Positions 27,558-37,097 of a DNA stretch of 64,000 bases are shown in pieces. The translations under genes were made by a program, and so were the position numbers. The notes under the pieces are model-generated. The model was given only the letters and a program-made list of their open reading frames with translations, was not told where the DNA came from and ran no database searches. Origin of the DNA: an uncultured Acidobacteriia bacterium (GTDB lineage Bacteria; Acidobacteriota; Terriglobia; Bryobacterales; Bryobacteraceae). The DNA lies in the NCBI GenBank assembly GCA_903876865.1, contig CAIRBY010000700.1:6-64005 (forward strand), given 5' to 3'. Within the stretch, counting starts at the first letter, position 1, and each line of letters starts with the position of its first letter.

Positions 27558-28997
27558 TCATAGTTTCAGCACCATTCCGATCATCGGCCAGTAGATAGCG
27601 ACGATCAGCACCAGCACTACGCCTTCGAAGATCGAGAGCACGAGACCGACTTTGAACATGTCCTTGGCCTCGAAGTAGCCGAAGGCGTACCCCAACATCA
27701 ATACCGCCGATTGGTAGACAAAGAGTTTGCCCGCCGAAGCATAGGTACAGATCATCGCCACCGCGGTCGGATCGAAACCATGATCCGTGGCATATTTCAC
27801 GGCCACCGGAAGCAGCGTGCTCAACATCGAGATTTCGCTGGCGAGCAGAAAGTGGTAAAGGAACGAGGCCCAGTACAGGGCGCAGGCGGCCAGGGTAGAA
27901 CCCGTCATCAGCGGCCCGATCCAACTCATCATGAAGTGCGTGAGCACATCCAGCGCTTTGGTTTTGACCAGCACTTCGCCCATGCCTAAAGCGCCACCGA
28001 CAAAAACGATGAGCAGAAAATTGATCTTGCGCACCTGAGCGGTATTCAACACTCCAATTCGAGGCAGAGTGACGATAATCCCTCCGCCGATCGCGATCAC
28101 GGCGGGATTCAACCCGTGCAGGAAATCGGTGGACCAGAACAGAATCGCCAGCACCAGCCAGAGCAGGCTCTTCTTCTCGTTGCTACTCCAGGGCCCGAGT
28201 TCGGAAGCCGCGCGCGCCAGATATTCCCGGCCTCCAGGCAAGTCCTGTTTTTCCGGCGGGTAGAGCCAAAGAGCGCAGAGCCAGCAACCAAATACCGAAA
28301 GGACGATCGCCGGCAGGAACGCAATCAGGTATTGGCTCCACAGGATGGGCTTGCCGGTCATCTTCTCCACCACGCCGCGGGTCAGGATGGCGGCGCCGCC
28401 GGCGAGCATCATTTTGTTGAACAGGCCGCAGCAATACGTGATCATCACGAACATGCCGCGTCCGATATTGCTGCCCGCCTCGAGCCCGAACGCAGCCACG
28501 ATGCCGACTGCGATGGGGCCGACGATCGTGATTTGCGCCAGACCCGACGGCACCAGGAAATTGAGAATCAGCACGAACGTGATCATGCTGAACAGCAGCC
28601 GCCGGTACGAAGTCCCGATGATCCGCATCACACCGTAACCAATGCGGCGGGCCAGGCCGGAGCGCGACGCGGCCTCGCCCATCAGCATGGCTCCGAAGAG
28701 AAACCAGGGAGTGGAGTCGGCGAAGCCGCTGAACGCCACCTCGAACTTCGTTACTTTCAATGCCCAGAACAGGAAAAGACCGATCAGCGTGGTCACGCCA
28801 TAATCAACCGGCTCGGTGATCCACAACACAGCCATGAACAGGACGATGGCGAGCGCGTGCTGCGCCGACGCCGCAATCGTCATCGGGGCGAACCAAAAGG
28901 CCACCCCAAGCACGGGCCCGAGGATCGACCCGACCCACATCTTGCGCGAAAAGTACTCTCCGCCGGTGACGTGTGGGGACACTGCGGACGTGCTCAT
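27558..28997 (-). CDS. DASS/SLC13-type anion transporter
   Basis: Start re-chosen at the ATG at 28997, which overlaps the upstream stop (ATGA). 479 aa and polytopic. Collinear paralogue of 44021-45463. The 705-aa track ORF is an upstream read-through artefact. Confidence 0.85.
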   Translation of the reverse strand: MSTSAVSPHVTGGEYFSRKMWVGSILGPVLGVAFWFAPMTIAASAQHALAIVLFMAVLWITEPVDYGVTTLIGLFLFWALKVTKFEVAFSGFADSTPWFLFGAMLMGEAASRSGLARRIGYGVMRIIGTSYRRLLFSMITFVLILNFLVPSGLAQITIVGPIAVGIVAAFGLEAGSNIGRGMFVMITYCCGLFNKMMLAGGAAILTRGVVEKMTGKPILWSQYLIAFLPAIVLSVFGCWLCALWLYPPEKQDLPGGREYLARAASELGPWSSNEKKSLLWLVLAILFWSTDFLHGLNPAVIAIGGGIIVTLPRIGVLNTAQVRKINFLLIVFVGGALGMGEVLVKTKALDVLTHFMMSWIGPLMTGSTLAACALYWASFLYHFLLASEISMLSTLLPVAVKYATDHGFDPTAVAMICTYASAGKLFVYQSAVLMLGYAFGYFEAKDMFKVGLVLSIFEGVVLVLIVAIYWPMIGMVLKL

Positions 28998-31786
28998 GCG
29001 GTGGCCATCCCCGCCCGCAGAGCCTCGCGGTCCACCGGTATCGAACGGAGGCGAACTCCCGTGGCGTGATAGATCGCATTCAGGATGGCCGGCGGCGTAG
29101 GCACGGTTGCGATCTCGGAAATCCCTTTCGCGCCGTACGGACCCTCCGGAAACGGATCCTCCACGATTTCCAGCCGGACCGTAGGCGCATCCGTGGATCG
29201 CGGCAGTCCCAGGCGGCCGAACGTGACCTTCTTGTGCAATGGACGCCCTTCTTTCATTGGGTAATCCTCCGTCAGCGTGTAGCCTTGCGACATGACAATC
29301 GCGCCAATCAACTGCCCGCGAATCTGCTGCGGGTTGATGGTGACGCCCACATCGTGAGCGGCGATCATGTGGAGCAACCGGACTTCTCCAGTGCGCTCCT
29401 CCACTTCGACGATGGCTGCCTGCGTGCCGTACGCGTAGGTCGGATAGTTGCGATACTCCTCGCGCGGCACCCTCCTCTTCGCTTCCTCGTCCGAAAGCGG
29501 ATAGGTCTTGGGAGAAACGTACACGGCTTCGGCACGAAGCGAGATCCCTTCGCGCCACGCTCGCGCCGCCACCTGGTCCAGGGTCATGACGATTTCTTCC
29601 TCGCGATACTGCGACCACTGCAGCCGGATTACGTCGTTTTCCCAAATCAGTTCGCCGGCCGGGCGCCCCACCCACGCCCCCACGGTTTCCAGGATTTTGT
29701 GCTTAAACTTTTTACCAGCCATGACCACGGCATTGCCGCTGATGAGCGTCTGCCGTTCCCCCGACGCGGAACGGTGGGGGTGTGTCAACTGCGTATCGCC
29801 AGAGACGATGCGCAGCCGGGTTGGGTCTAGCCCGGTGGTCTGACAGGCGAGTTGCACCATCGTGGTCCGAATCGCCTGCCCCATATCGACCACCGACGCG
29901 CGCAGCTCCACCTGGCCGTCCGGCAGCAGGATGAACGTGGCGCCCGAGTCATCCACTTTGCCCTTGCCCGCACCGACATTCTTGTATCCTGCCGCCACGC
30001 CATACCCGATGCGATACCCGGGACGAGCTAACTGTGCGAACTTCGGCCACTCCTCCGCGAAAGCCCGGCGGCAGGCTTCGAGCGTAGGGATCGCGCCGAC
30101 GCTGGAAGGCAGGTACTGGCCCGTGATCGTCACATCGCCTTCCTCGAGCATGTTGATGCGGCGGATCTCAAATGGGTCGATCTCGAGCTTCAGCGCGAGC
30201 TCGTCCATCAACTGCTCCATCGCGACCGCGGCCTGATTGATGCCGTAGCCCCGGAAGGCGCCCCCATTGGCGTTGTTGGTGAGCACGGCGAGCCCTTCCA
30301 CGCGCACATTCGGCACGCGGTAGGGACCGCATGAGAAGATGCAGGCCTGATCGATCACGCGCGGGCTGTTGCCCGTGTAAGGACCCGCGTCGGAGACCAG
30401 CCGGGCATCCACGGCCAGCAGGCGTCCCCAGCGATCCGCGGCCACGCGATAGTCCATTTCGTAAGCGTGCCGCTTCACTCCGTTGTGCAGGTTCTCCTCG
30501 CGGGTGAGCGTAAGTTTGACCGGCTTGCGCAGATGATAAGCCGCCACGGCGAGGACAGCTTCGACGCTGATCTCCAGTTTGCCGCCGAAGCCGCCGCCCA
30601 GTGGCGTGCAGCGAATGCGCACCTGTTCTTTCTGTAGATCGAGAACTTTCACCAATTGCTCGCGCGTTTCAAACGGAGCCTGTTGCGGCACGTTGATGGT
30701 GACCGCGCCGTCGACGATCTCCGCAATGGCAGACACCGGTTCGAGATAGGCGTGGTCCACGCGCTGGGTGGAAAAATGCCCTTCCACCACGTAGCTGGCG
30801 GTGGCGAACGCGCTCTCTACATCGCCGGTTCGGTGGGTCAGATGTTTGCAGACGTTGCCGGAGGGATGCAATTGCGGAGCGCCGTCGCGCAGCGCCGCTT
30901 CGGGCGAGAAGACGCCGGGGAGCACCTTGTACTCGACCCGGACCAGACGCGCGGCCTCCTGAGCCTCGCGGAGGGTCCTGGCGACGACCAGGGCGACGAT
31001 ATCGCCGGTGTAACGCACGCGGTCGCGGCAGAATACCGGCTGATCCGGCTTGGTACGCCCATGCGCATTCAGGCCGGGCACGTCCTCGTGAGTGAAGATG
31101 CGGACTACTCCGGGAGCCTTCCTGGCGGCCTCGGTATCGATCTGTAGAATTTCGGCATGTGGGTGTCCGCTCCAGACGATCTGGCCGAAGAGCATGCCGG
31201 GCCTTGTCAGGTCGTCGGCGAAGCGGAGTTGTCCGGTCACACTCTGGACGCCATCGACAAGAGCAGCCGAGACTCCCATCGGGCCGCTAGCGGGCTGCCA
31301 GGCAGCGAATTCGGCGGGGTGCGCCATCCAATAGGCCGCCTTCTGCACAGCTTCAAAAATCTGCACGTACCCGGTACAGCGGCAGATCACATCTTTCAGG
31401 GCTTCGCGGATTTCCGGCAATTGCGGGGCGGGATTGCGGTCCAGCAGGGCTTTGGCCGCCATGATCATCCCCGGGATGCAGAAGCCGCACTGCACGGCGC
31501 CACATTCGAGGAATGCCGCCTGCAACGGATGGAGGCTTCCGTTGCAGGGAGTCAGACTCTCAATGGTTTCGACCCGGACTCCCTGGGCACGGCGCAGATT
31601 GTAGAGACAGGCGTCCTGTGGCTGGCCGTCCACCAGAACGATACAGGTGCCGCAGTCACCGGTGCTGCAACCCTCTTTCGCGCCGCACAGATTCAGATCG
31701 TGGCGCAACAGGCAAAGCAGAGAGTCGCGCTCGTCCACGCTACGCTGTACTGCAATGCCATTGACGACCAGGGCGATATCGATCAC
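28994..31786 (-). CDS. fused [2Fe-2S]/molybdopterin aldehyde-oxidoreductase-like enzyme (Mop-type, no FAD domain)
   Basis: The N-terminus carries two [2Fe-2S] motifs (GCSTGDCGTCIV; CGFCIPGM...CRCTGY), directly fused to an XDH-family Mo-binding domain (GGAFRGYG...). At 930 aa its architecture matches Desulfovibrio gigas Mop. Confidence 0.88.
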   Translation of the reverse strand: MIDIALVVNGIAVQRSVDERDSLLCLLRHDLNLCGAKEGCSTGDCGTCIVLVDGQPQDACLYNLRRAQGVRVETIESLTPCNGSLHPLQAAFLECGAVQCGFCIPGMIMAAKALLDRNPAPQLPEIREALKDVICRCTGYVQIFEAVQKAAYWMAHPAEFAAWQPASGPMGVSAALVDGVQSVTGQLRFADDLTRPGMLFGQIVWSGHPHAEILQIDTEAARKAPGVVRIFTHEDVPGLNAHGRTKPDQPVFCRDRVRYTGDIVALVVARTLREAQEAARLVRVEYKVLPGVFSPEAALRDGAPQLHPSGNVCKHLTHRTGDVESAFATASYVVEGHFSTQRVDHAYLEPVSAIAEIVDGAVTINVPQQAPFETREQLVKVLDLQKEQVRIRCTPLGGGFGGKLEISVEAVLAVAAYHLRKPVKLTLTREENLHNGVKRHAYEMDYRVAADRWGRLLAVDARLVSDAGPYTGNSPRVIDQACIFSCGPYRVPNVRVEGLAVLTNNANGGAFRGYGINQAAVAMEQLMDELALKLEIDPFEIRRINMLEEGDVTITGQYLPSSVGAIPTLEACRRAFAEEWPKFAQLARPGYRIGYGVAAGYKNVGAGKGKVDDSGATFILLPDGQVELRASVVDMGQAIRTTMVQLACQTTGLDPTRLRIVSGDTQLTHPHRSASGERQTLISGNAVVMAGKKFKHKILETVGAWVGRPAGELIWENDVIRLQWSQYREEEIVMTLDQVAARAWREGISLRAEAVYVSPKTYPLSDEEAKRRVPREEYRNYPTYAYGTQAAIVEVEERTGEVRLLHMIAAHDVGVTINPQQIRGQLIGAIVMSQGYTLTEDYPMKEGRPLHKKVTFGRLGLPRSTDAPTVRLEIVEDPFPEGPYGAKGISEIATVPTPPAILNAIYHATGVRLRSIPVDREALRAGMATA

Positions 31787-31823
31787 CGATCTCGATCCTC
31801 CTCCGGCCCAACGGTGCAGAGCG

Positions 31824-31837
31824 TGGAACCGTTTGCG
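31824..31837. promoter_or_regulatory. LacI/PurR-type operator (weaker copy)
   Basis: TGGAACCGTTTGCG, about 40 nt upstream of the Mop-like start. Confidence 0.45.
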
Positions 31838-31959
31838 CGATTTCCCGCTTCTTTGCGGTGAAAGGCCGGTTCCAAGACAGTATCAAGGGAACCCTAAGAT
31901 GTCAATATTTCGATAGAGTACGCACAATTGGGACGCGGTAGATTTGAGGGAGGAATGGG

Positions 31960-31973
31960 TGCAATCGATTGCG
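31960..31973. promoter_or_regulatory. LacI/PurR-type operator
   Basis: TGCAATCGATTGCG with a perfect 12-bp palindromic core. Lies between the divergent Mop-like and lacI genes. Confidence 0.7.
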
Positions 31974-32018
31974 TTAGGGATTCCCGGGAGCACAGCCTTA
32001 GGTTGACAGTCCTGGCGA

Positions 32019-33059
32019 ATGTTTCTACACTGCAAGGGCTTGCCTCGAATTGGCACTACCAAACATGATCAACGCATTACGTTGCGCGAATTGGCGAAAC
32101 GTGTCGGCGTCTCCACGTCGACGGCGTCGCGCGCGCTGAACCAGAATGCAGCAATTAGCGAAGAGGTCCGCAAGCGCGTAGTGCGCGCGGCACAGGAAGC
32201 GAATTACATCCCGAACAGTCTTGCGCGGGGTCTGGCGCTGCGGCGCTCGCATCTGATCGGACTCGTGGTGCCTTCGATTAGCAACCCGTTCTTCGCTGAG
32301 ATCGCACGCGGCGCGCATGAAGCCGCGTACGAGCGGGGCTATGTGGTCACGCTATGCGATACACAGCGAAATAAAGCGCGGGAAGACCTCTTTGTGCAAA
32401 CCCTGCTGCGCTCGGGCGTGGATGGCGTGATCGTAACGGGCGGCGTCTTGTCTCCGGAGCACATTCAGGGCCTCAGGCAGCACAAACTCCCCGTCGTGTT
32501 CGCCGGCAGAAGATCTACCGGCACCGGGGAATCCGGCGTCTCCGTGGACAATATCGCCGCGGGACACGAAGCAACCGTTTACCTGATCGGCAAGGGACAC
32601 CGCGAAATTCTCTATCTTAGTGGCGCCGCCGAGTCGCTCGCCAGCAGAGACCGGCAGCGCGGGTACGAAGACGCCATGGAGGCCCACGGGCTCACGATTT
32701 CCGTGGTTCACGGAGACTACTCCATGGAGAGCGGCTTTGAAGAGGCTTCGCGAATTGCCGCCTTGGCGCACCCGCCCAGCGCCGTATTCGCCGCCAACGA
32801 CATGCTCGCAATCGGCCTGATCCTGGGACTGGTCAACCTTGGGATTAAAGTCCCTCAGGATCTTGCGGTGGTGGGCTGCGACGATATGCCGATGGGCGCC
32901 CTGATCCGGCCCGCGCTGACCACGGTGCATGTACCCATGTACGATATCGGCGTGCGCGCGACTCAATTGCTCCTGAACTCCATGGAAGGCGAGAACAGCG
33001 GACTCGCCGAATCGATCCTGCTGGAATCCAAGTTGGTGATCCGGGATTCGGCGGGATAG
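32019..33059 (+). CDS. LacI family transcriptional regulator (candidate binder of the palindrome)
   Basis: HTH: ITLRELAKRVGVSTSTASRALNQ...NYIPNSLARGL. PBP-like effector domain. The start codon is uncertain. Confidence 0.9.
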   Translation: MFLHCKGLPRIGTTKHDQRITLRELAKRVGVSTSTASRALNQNAAISEEVRKRVVRAAQEANYIPNSLARGLALRRSHLIGLVVPSISNPFFAEIARGAHEAAYERGYVVTLCDTQRNKAREDLFVQTLLRSGVDGVIVTGGVLSPEHIQGLRQHKLPVVFAGRRSTGTGESGVSVDNIAAGHEATVYLIGKGHREILYLSGAAESLASRDRQRGYEDAMEAHGLTISVVHGDYSMESGFEEASRIAALAHPPSAVFAANDMLAIGLILGLVNLGIKVPQDLAVVGCDDMPMGALIRPALTTVHVPMYDIGVRATQLLLNSMEGENSGLAESILLESKLVIRDSAG

Positions 33060-33060
33060 G

Positions 33061-34065
33061 TTAGCTGAAGCGCTCCCGGAGCAGTGGTAATACCTTCTCC
33101 GAGTACAACTTCAGAAAGCGCGGCTGATCCGGGCCGGGCGCATGGAAAACCAAGTGGTTGAAGCCTAGCTCGATGTATGGCCGGACAGCTTCCACCTGCT
33201 CCTCCGGATCCGACGAAACGATCCAGCGCTTGGCGGTTCGTTCGATGGGCAGGGCATCGGCCAGACGTTCCATCTCGAGCGCATCCTCCGTATTCATCTT
33301 CTCTTCCGGGGTCAGCGCGAGAGCGCCCCAAAAACGGGTGTCTTCCAAGGCGCGGCCGCGGTCGGTATCGAAAGAAACTTTCATTTCGATCATACGGTCG
33401 ATCGATTCGGGCGCGCGGCCCGCTTTGGCAAGTCCCGCGGCAACATTGGGCAGCAGGGTTTCCCGGTAGAGTTCCGGATTCTTGCCACTGGTACAGATAA
33501 ACCCGGCAGCCTGTTCGCCCGCCATCTTCGAAACGACCGGTCCGGCGGCCGCGATGTAGATGGGAACGGCTTCGGCCGGTTTGTCGTAGATCGTTGCGTT
33601 CTCAGTTTTGTAATACTGCCCGCGGAAAGAGACGCGATCCTCCGCCCAGAGTTGCTTGATGAGAGCAATCGATTCCCGGAAACGCGCCGTACGCTCCTTG
33701 GGTTCCGGCCATTCCATCCCCGAAGAGGGTGTTTCATTCAAGGATTCGCCGGTGCCAATTCCCAGAATCACGCGGCCGGGAAACATCGTGCCGAGCGTTC
33801 CGAAAGCTTGGGCCACGATCGAAGGATGGTAGCGGAAGGTCGGCGTCAAGACGCTGGTTCCCATCACGATGCGGCTGGTGCTCGCGCCGAGCGCGCCAAG
33901 CCAGGCGAGAGAGAAGGGAGCGTGCCCCCCTGTGTGACGCCACGGCTGGAAATGGTCACTGATGAATACGGAATCGAAACCACACTGCTCCGCGTATTTG
34001 GAAAAGTCGATCAGGTCCGTTGGACTAAACTGCTCCGCCGATGCTTTGTAGCCGATTTTGAGCAC
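33061..34065 (-). CDS. fgd: F420-dependent glucose-6-phosphate dehydrogenase family oxidoreductase (LLM class)
   Basis: Collinear over its full length with mycobacterial Fgd1 as I recall it (KIGYKASAEQF...SDHFQPWRH.GGHAPFSL.W...GTSVLTPTFRY.P...AQAF...IYIAA.GP...KRWIV.SDP...NHLVFHAPG.DQ.RFL). GTG start at 34065 with AGGAG 5 nt upstream. Confidence 0.85.
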   Translation of the reverse strand: MLKIGYKASAEQFSPTDLIDFSKYAEQCGFDSVFISDHFQPWRHTGGHAPFSLAWLGALGASTSRIVMGTSVLTPTFRYHPSIVAQAFGTLGTMFPGRVILGIGTGESLNETPSSGMEWPEPKERTARFRESIALIKQLWAEDRVSFRGQYYKTENATIYDKPAEAVPIYIAAAGPVVSKMAGEQAAGFICTSGKNPELYRETLLPNVAAGLAKAGRAPESIDRMIEMKVSFDTDRGRALEDTRFWGALALTPEEKMNTEDALEMERLADALPIERTAKRWIVSSDPEEQVEAVRPYIELGFNHLVFHAPGPDQPRFLKLYSEKVLPLLRERFS

Positions 34066-34078
34066 GATTTCTCCTGAT

Positions 34079-34092
34079 TGGAACCGATTGCA
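34079..34092. promoter_or_regulatory. LacI/PurR-type operator
   Basis: TGGAACCGATTGCA, immediately 5' of the fgd SD. Confidence 0.6.
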
Positions 34093-34228
34093 TGACCAGC
34101 GGGTGATGCCCGCATCCCTGCCTACTTACCTATCTAAAATCAATTAGATCATTAGGCTGCAATGTCCGTCAACTGATTTTTCAGGCCGGATGCAGGTTGA
34201 GGCGGCAATCACCAGAAGGGCTATTCGA

Positions 34229-34242
34229 TGCAATCGGTTGCG
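34229..34242. promoter_or_regulatory. LacI/PurR-type operator
   Basis: TGCAATCGGTTGCG, 164 nt upstream of the fgd start. Confidence 0.65.
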
Positions 34243-34252
34243 TTACTCCGGC

Positions 34253-34888
34253 CTATCTGGCAGCCGTCTGCTCACGTAGGAGTTTCCCGATGGGCGAGTT
34301 CGGATCCCGTTGCAGAAGTTCCGCCACGTCCTCGGGCGTGTCGATATCGAACAGAATGCCGGGCGGACGCATCACTTTCAGGGGAACGCCGCGGGATTCC
34401 GCCTGCTCGCAGTGCGCACGGAAACTGCCTGGCCCGAAACAAGCCTGTGTGGAATCCGGCGGACAGCGGACCAGACCATTGGTGCCGGTTCCGTCTCCGG
34501 AAGGGACCACAATCAAGCCATGGCGCGCGTGTTCGATCAGGCTCTCAATTTCGGCCGCGGTCACGAGCGGCACATCGATCGGGAGCAGAATGACCGCGGT
34601 CGCGCCCAGCTCCATGGCGCGCTTCGCCGCGAGATCGGCGGAATTACTGTGACTGACCTGCTGCTCCTCGTCGAACACGGTGGCGCCGTGTTTCCGGGCG
34701 CGGTCCGCGATGTTCGGATCGCTCGTGGCAACCACTACGCGGTCGAGTCCGCGAACCGAGCATAACGTCCCGAGAACCTCTTCGAACATGGCGATTGCGA
34801 GCGTTTCCCGTTGGGCGGGAGACAGGAAACCGCTCAGCCGCTGCTTGGCGTTGCGCGGCGATTTGACCGGGAGCAGAGCGAAAATCAT
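34253..34888 (-). CDS. cofC: 2-phospho-L-lactate/phosphoenolpyruvate guanylyltransferase
   Basis: Start re-chosen at MIFALLPVKSPRNAKQRL. MobA-like NTP-transferase fold with the typical CofC/FbiD blocks (LPVK....K.RL, ...LLPIDVPL..., DIDTPEDV). Confidence 0.8.
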   Translation of the reverse strand: MIFALLPVKSPRNAKQRLSGFLSPAQRETLAIAMFEEVLGTLCSVRGLDRVVVATSDPNIADRARKHGATVFDEEQQVSHSNSADLAAKRAMELGATAVILLPIDVPLVTAAEIESLIEHARHGLIVVPSGDGTGTNGLVRCPPDSTQACFGPGSFRAHCEQAESRGVPLKVMRPPGILFDIDTPEDVAELLQRDPNSPIGKLLREQTAAR

Positions 34889-34961
34889 GGGATCAGGTCC
34901 TTCAGAGGCATTGTAGTCGAAACCCGCGCTTCGCTGCCGGGTCTCCCCGGAGGGGCGCGTA

Positions 34962-34975
34962 AGGAAACGGTTGCA
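34962..34975. promoter_or_regulatory. LacI/PurR-type operator (weaker copy)
   Basis: AGGAAACGGTTGCA, about 75 nt upstream of cofC. Confidence 0.4.
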
Positions 34976-35112
34976 TAGGATAGACCCGGGTAGCGAGAGG
35001 CCTCCGTTTCGATGCGCCCAAATGCGCGCGAGCCTTGCTATTGTAATGTCAAATGAGCATCTCCGCGGTTCCGTATTTTCCTGTTGACAGGATGGGTCTT
35101 GGCAAGATACCA

Positions 35113-35126
35113 TGCAATCGATTGCA
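35113..35126. promoter_or_regulatory. LacI/PurR-type operator (perfect palindrome)
   Basis: TGCAATCGATTGCA is a perfect 14-bp palindrome. It lies between divergent cofC and the hydrolase-cox operon. Confidence 0.75.
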
Positions 35127-35226
35127 CGGTTGAAGCTGGATCGTGTAGTCGTCTGGCCCCAGATCGTTGCCTGGCTGTCGGCAACGCGATCCTGGCAGCT
35201 CATAAACGGCAAGGAGCCCCCTTCAG

Positions 35227-36138
35227 TTGCGACAAGAAGCGGTGAATTTCTTCAGCGAAGGTTCGAGAGTTTGTGGCCTTCTGCGCCTTCCGGATCAGGG
35301 CGACGGCCCCTTCCCTGGCATCGTCCAGGGTCCGGGATGGCTCGGTCTGCACGACGCCAAACTCTACGAGCGGTATCACAAGAGCTTCACCGACGCTGGC
35401 TACGCCGTGCTCGTCTTCGACTATCGCGGTTTTGGCGGCAGCGAAGGCGAAAAGGGCCTGCTCCTGCCGATGCGCCAGGCCGAAGACATCCGCAATGCCA
35501 TCACCTATATGCAGACCCGGGCCGAAGTGGACCCGAACCGCATCGGGTTGTTTGGCTCCGGCGGCACGGGTGGCGCCAATCCGATTTACGTGGCTGCGGT
35601 CGATCAGCGAGTGAAATGCGTGGTCAGCAATTACGCCTTTGCCAGCGGCAAGGCGTGGCTGCGGAGCATGCGGCGGGAATATGAGTGGCTGGAATTCCTC
35701 CGGCGCCTGGATGCCGACCGGAAAAAGCGGGTGCTCGAAGGCGCCGGCGAAATGGTCAGCCCGCGCGAAGAATTGATGGTAGTCACTCCGGAACGCAAGC
35801 AGACGACCGTGAAGAAGGATGTGGATACCCGTATACCCGAACTGGTACCGTTGCGCTGCGCCGATGCCATCATGGAGTTTGCTCCGGAAGACTGGGTAGC
35901 GCGCATCTCTCCCCGCGCCATCCTGTTCATATCCACGGAGAATGACGCCGTGACTCCGGAGGATCAGACCTTCCTGCTTTACGAAAAAGCCGGTGAGCCG
36001 AAGAAGTTGATTCTGCAGAAAGAGACTTCGCACTACCAGGCTTACGGAGATTATTTCGATCAGGTAACCCCACAGATCATCGATTGGTATGACCGGTATC
36101 TTCGTTATGAAAAAGTCGAATCCTGGGAAAAAGCATAG
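35227..36138 (+). CDS. alpha/beta hydrolase fold protein
   Basis: PGIVQGPGWLG...AGYAVLVFDYRGFGGSEGE resembles dienelactone-hydrolase/S15-like hydrolases. TTG start with AAGGAG 12 nt upstream. I could not find a clean GxSxG elbow. Confidence 0.65.
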   Translation: MRQEAVNFFSEGSRVCGLLRLPDQGDGPFPGIVQGPGWLGLHDAKLYERYHKSFTDAGYAVLVFDYRGFGGSEGEKGLLLPMRQAEDIRNAITYMQTRAEVDPNRIGLFGSGGTGGANPIYVAAVDQRVKCVVSNYAFASGKAWLRSMRREYEWLEFLRRLDADRKKRVLEGAGEMVSPREELMVVTPERKQTTVKKDVDTRIPELVPLRCADAIMEFAPEDWVARISPRAILFISTENDAVTPEDQTFLLYEKAGEPKKLILQKETSHYQAYGDYFDQVTPQIIDWYDRYLRYEKVESWEKA

Positions 36139-36159
36139 TGGGCGGGCGGCCAAAATCAC

Positions 36160-36627
36160 GTGTTGCTAAGCGTAACTGAGAATCTCGAACTGGCAACCGG
36201 TAGCGGGGACGCCTGGCAACTCCTGCGCGATACGGAGCGCCTGGCCCGTCTGGTCGGCGGTGTGCAAAGCGTGGAGCCGATCGAGTCGCCCGGCACGGAG
36301 GCTTACCGCGTAGTCGTCATGGAAAAAGTCGGTCCCTTCAAGGTGATCATGAACCTGGAAGTCGCCATTACCGAGACGGTGGAACTGCAAGTATTGGGTG
36401 CGACCATCAAGGGCAGTGAGCCCAAGGGCGGAAGCCGCGCGACCGGGACCGTGCGAGTCGAACTGACTCCGTCGCCCGCCGGAACCGCCATGCGCTTCAT
36501 CGTGAACGTCGAGATCCTCGGAAAGCTGGCCACTCTGGGCGCGCCCGTGATTCGCCGCCGCGTCAACGAACTGTTCAGCGACTTCGGCAAGCGGGTAGTG
36601 GCCGAGTTCGCGGTGGGTGCGGCATGA
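36160..36627 (+). CDS. CoxG-like SRPBCC protein
   Basis: Its size, position 5' of coxS and polyketide-cyclase-like sequence are typical of CoxG. Its stop overlaps the coxS start (ATGA). Confidence 0.7.
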   Translation: MLLSVTENLELATGSGDAWQLLRDTERLARLVGGVQSVEPIESPGTEAYRVVVMEKVGPFKVIMNLEVAITETVELQVLGATIKGSEPKGGSRATGTVRVELTPSPAGTAMRFIVNVEILGKLATLGAPVIRRRVNELFSDFGKRVVAEFAVGAA

Positions 36628-37097
36628 CCGTCGAGTTCCAGTTGAACGGCGAACCCGTCTCGGTCGCGATTGAGCCGCGTCATACGCTCGCCGAGGTATT
36701 GACCCGAAAACTGCGCCTCACCGGCACCAAAGTCTCCTGTGAAGCCGAAGTCTGTGGCGCCTGCACCGTGCTGGTCGATGGGCTCCCCGTGAGTTCCTGC
36801 ACCTATCTCGCCTACGAGGCGCGCGGCAAGAACGTCGTGACGATCGAAGGTCTGGAAGACAAGAACGGCAACCTGCACCCGCTGCAACAATCGTTCATCG
36901 ATGAGTTCGCATTTCAGTGCGGGTTCTGCACTTCCGGCATGATTCTCTCAGCGAAGGCGCTATTGGACGAAAATCCGAACCCGACCGACGCCGAGATCAT
37001 CGACCATCTGGACGGCAATATCTGCCGCTGTACCGGGTATCTGCCGATCCTGAAGGCAGTCCGGACGGCCGCCACCGCGATGGAGAATTACTCGTGA
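36624..37097 (+). CDS. (2Fe-2S)-binding small subunit of a xanthine-dehydrogenase-family enzyme (CoxS-like)
   Basis: Motifs: SCEAEVCGACTVLVDG, QCGFCTSGM, ICRCTGY. Confidence 0.92.
   Translation: MTVEFQLNGEPVSVAIEPRHTLAEVLTRKLRLTGTKVSCEAEVCGACTVLVDGLPVSSCTYLAYEARGKNVVTIEGLEDKNGNLHPLQQSFIDEFAFQCGFCTSGMILSAKALLDENPNPTDAEIIDHLDGNICRCTGYLPILKAVRTAATAMENYS

Noticed and set aside
27558-29675. Long N-terminal extensions of track ORFs: 705 aa for the DASS transporter, 416 aa for the BatD-like protein, 417 aa for the ABC binding protein, 538 aa for the aminotransferase, 557 aa for CofH, 815 aa for CoxL and 319 aa for CofC.
   Set aside because: The extensions run through the upstream gene in another frame and are Arg/Gly-rich. 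Internal starts give signal peptides, SD sequences or ATGA/GTGA coupling, and protein lengths normal for the family.
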